Shown here: positions 62,629 through 64,000 of the stretch, in pieces | Numbering within the stretch: position 1 is the first letter of the stretch | Layout: each line of letters opens with the position of its first letter | Assembly: GCA_951406725.2 (NCBI GenBank) | Contig: OX597814.1 | Location: forward strand, 208,878,001 to 208,942,000 | Source of the DNA: Octopus vulgaris | Taxonomy: Eukaryota | Direction of reading: 5' to 3' | Length of the DNA: 64,000 bases | The notes under the pieces: generated by a model | What the model was told of the DNA's origin: nothing | Database searches by the model: none | The model's input: only the letters and a program-made list of their open reading frames with translations | Made by a program: the position numbers and the translations under genes

Positions 62629-63669
62629 TACACACACGTACACATTATCAGGAGTGACAGTTGGAAGAAAATATTGATTTCTTTCATTTATGTAATATCA
62701 ATTTTTGAAGGTACAGCAAATATAGTTGATTGAATTGTTTTCTCCCCAGTACCACTTAGTAAATATATTACTAGTATATATATTTTATTAACTCTGGAAG
62801 GATAAAAGGCAAAATCAACCCTGTGTGATTCGAATCAGAATCTACAGGGGACGACGTAATTTACTTCAAGGCATTTAATTCAATAAAAACCTAGAAGGAA
62901 ACGAAAAAAATTATGGTATATGTGTTTGCCGTAGGGACCTGTTGCTGCATTGACTCTTTCTGACCAAAACAACTGGTCTCTTTGAATTTTAGTGATTATA
63001 TTTTAGTTCATGCTTTTTGTTTTTTACTAACAGAATACTACAAAGGATATTTTTAATATTTTAATGTGAAAGGGCAGTGTATTAGCAAAATTGGTACAAT
63101 GGTTGTTAAAAATGGTTGTTAAAATGCCTTGTGAGATTTAGTTGCCTCTTTTACATTTTGAGTTCAAATCTTACTGTAGTTGACACGGGCCTTTAATTTT
63201 TTTTTTTTGTTTTGCATGGGTGTATGGTGTCTGATAGAATAAGTACCAGTCATGTACTAGAGTTGATAATATTGACTACTAGCAGCTGTACCTGAGCTGG
63301 ACCCAGGTTTGTTGGTACCTAATATACAAATGAGTAGACAAGTGAAAGAAAAGGGCACTCAACACATTTAATAGGAGTTATATATATTATTCAAAACACT
63401 TTGATTCGATTCCATACAGCCTCAGGTTTTGCAGGCTTTCAAAAGGAGCCCATCAGGGTTTAGATTACAGAATGGAGAGATACAGGAAATCCAAGATGGC
63501 TACAGGAAGATAGGCTTCTGTTGGTTAAGGCAGGTCACAAAGTGTTGTCAAAGACTATCAGTTGCTTAGCGACTGTAGTTCCTTTAGAAAGTGGAATTTA
63601 TATATATATGTATATATATATATATGTATATATATATATGTATATATATATAATATATATAAATATATA

Positions 63670-63972
63670 TGTGGAGGCACAATGGCCCAGTGGTTAGGGC
63701 AGTGGACTCGCGGTTGTAGGATCGTGGTTTTGATTCTCAGACCGGGCATTCTGAATGTTTATGGAGTGAAAACACCTAAAGCTCCATGAGGCTCCGGCAG
63801 GGGTGGTGGTGATCCCTGCTGTACTCTTACGCCACAACTTTCTCTCATTCTCTCTTCTGTTGGCCTTCTCACTTAGCCAGCGGGGTGACGTCATCTGAAG
63901 GCTAAAACAATGCGAAGTGCAATGTGACCAGCGATGTGGAACCACATCTGATAGCCTGGTTAGTCACGGTGA
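63670..63972 (+). mobile_element. SINE family D head with an alternative tail
   Basis: First ~180 bp match 6968-7150; the tail matches reversed segments at ~48880-48960 and ~58570-58670. Confidence 0.8.
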
Positions 63973-64000
63973 TATATATATAAAGTTTTAATTAAAGATT

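Overview
AT-rich, repeat-saturated animal genomic DNA. The SINE/LINE repertoire resembles Octopus (coleoid cephalopod); this is pattern recognition, not a database result. I found no convincing host exon, rRNA, tRNA gene or CRISPR array, so the window is probably intronic or intergenic. It contains about 20 copies of one tRNA-headed SINE, six copies of a second SINE, and many 5'-truncated RTE and CR1 LINE ends. There is a cluster of R4/Dong-type elements piled into a (TAA)n tract, one with an intact 228-aa zinc-knuckle/restriction-like endonuclease frame. It also has decayed pogo/Tigger and piggyBac transposases, TTAA-, TA- and 8-bp-TSD MITEs, non-autonomous Helitrons and a solo LTR. Best leads: (1) four hammerhead-ribozyme folds, showing C3-G8, U3-A8 and G3-C8 versions of the core pair; (2) an RTE insertion with an 11 x 98-bp array ending in a fold-back palindrome, plus a second independent fold-back at 4.3 kb; (3) an unexplained locally multiplied ~1.4-kb unit (4 copies) with residual minus-strand reading frames; (4) an ORF-less ~530-bp retroposon found only in (TAA)n; (5) an HDV-like ribozyme topology in a non-autonomous RTE derivative. 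None of these is demonstrated to be a new system. Boundaries were read by eye; those without TSD or TIR support are approximate.
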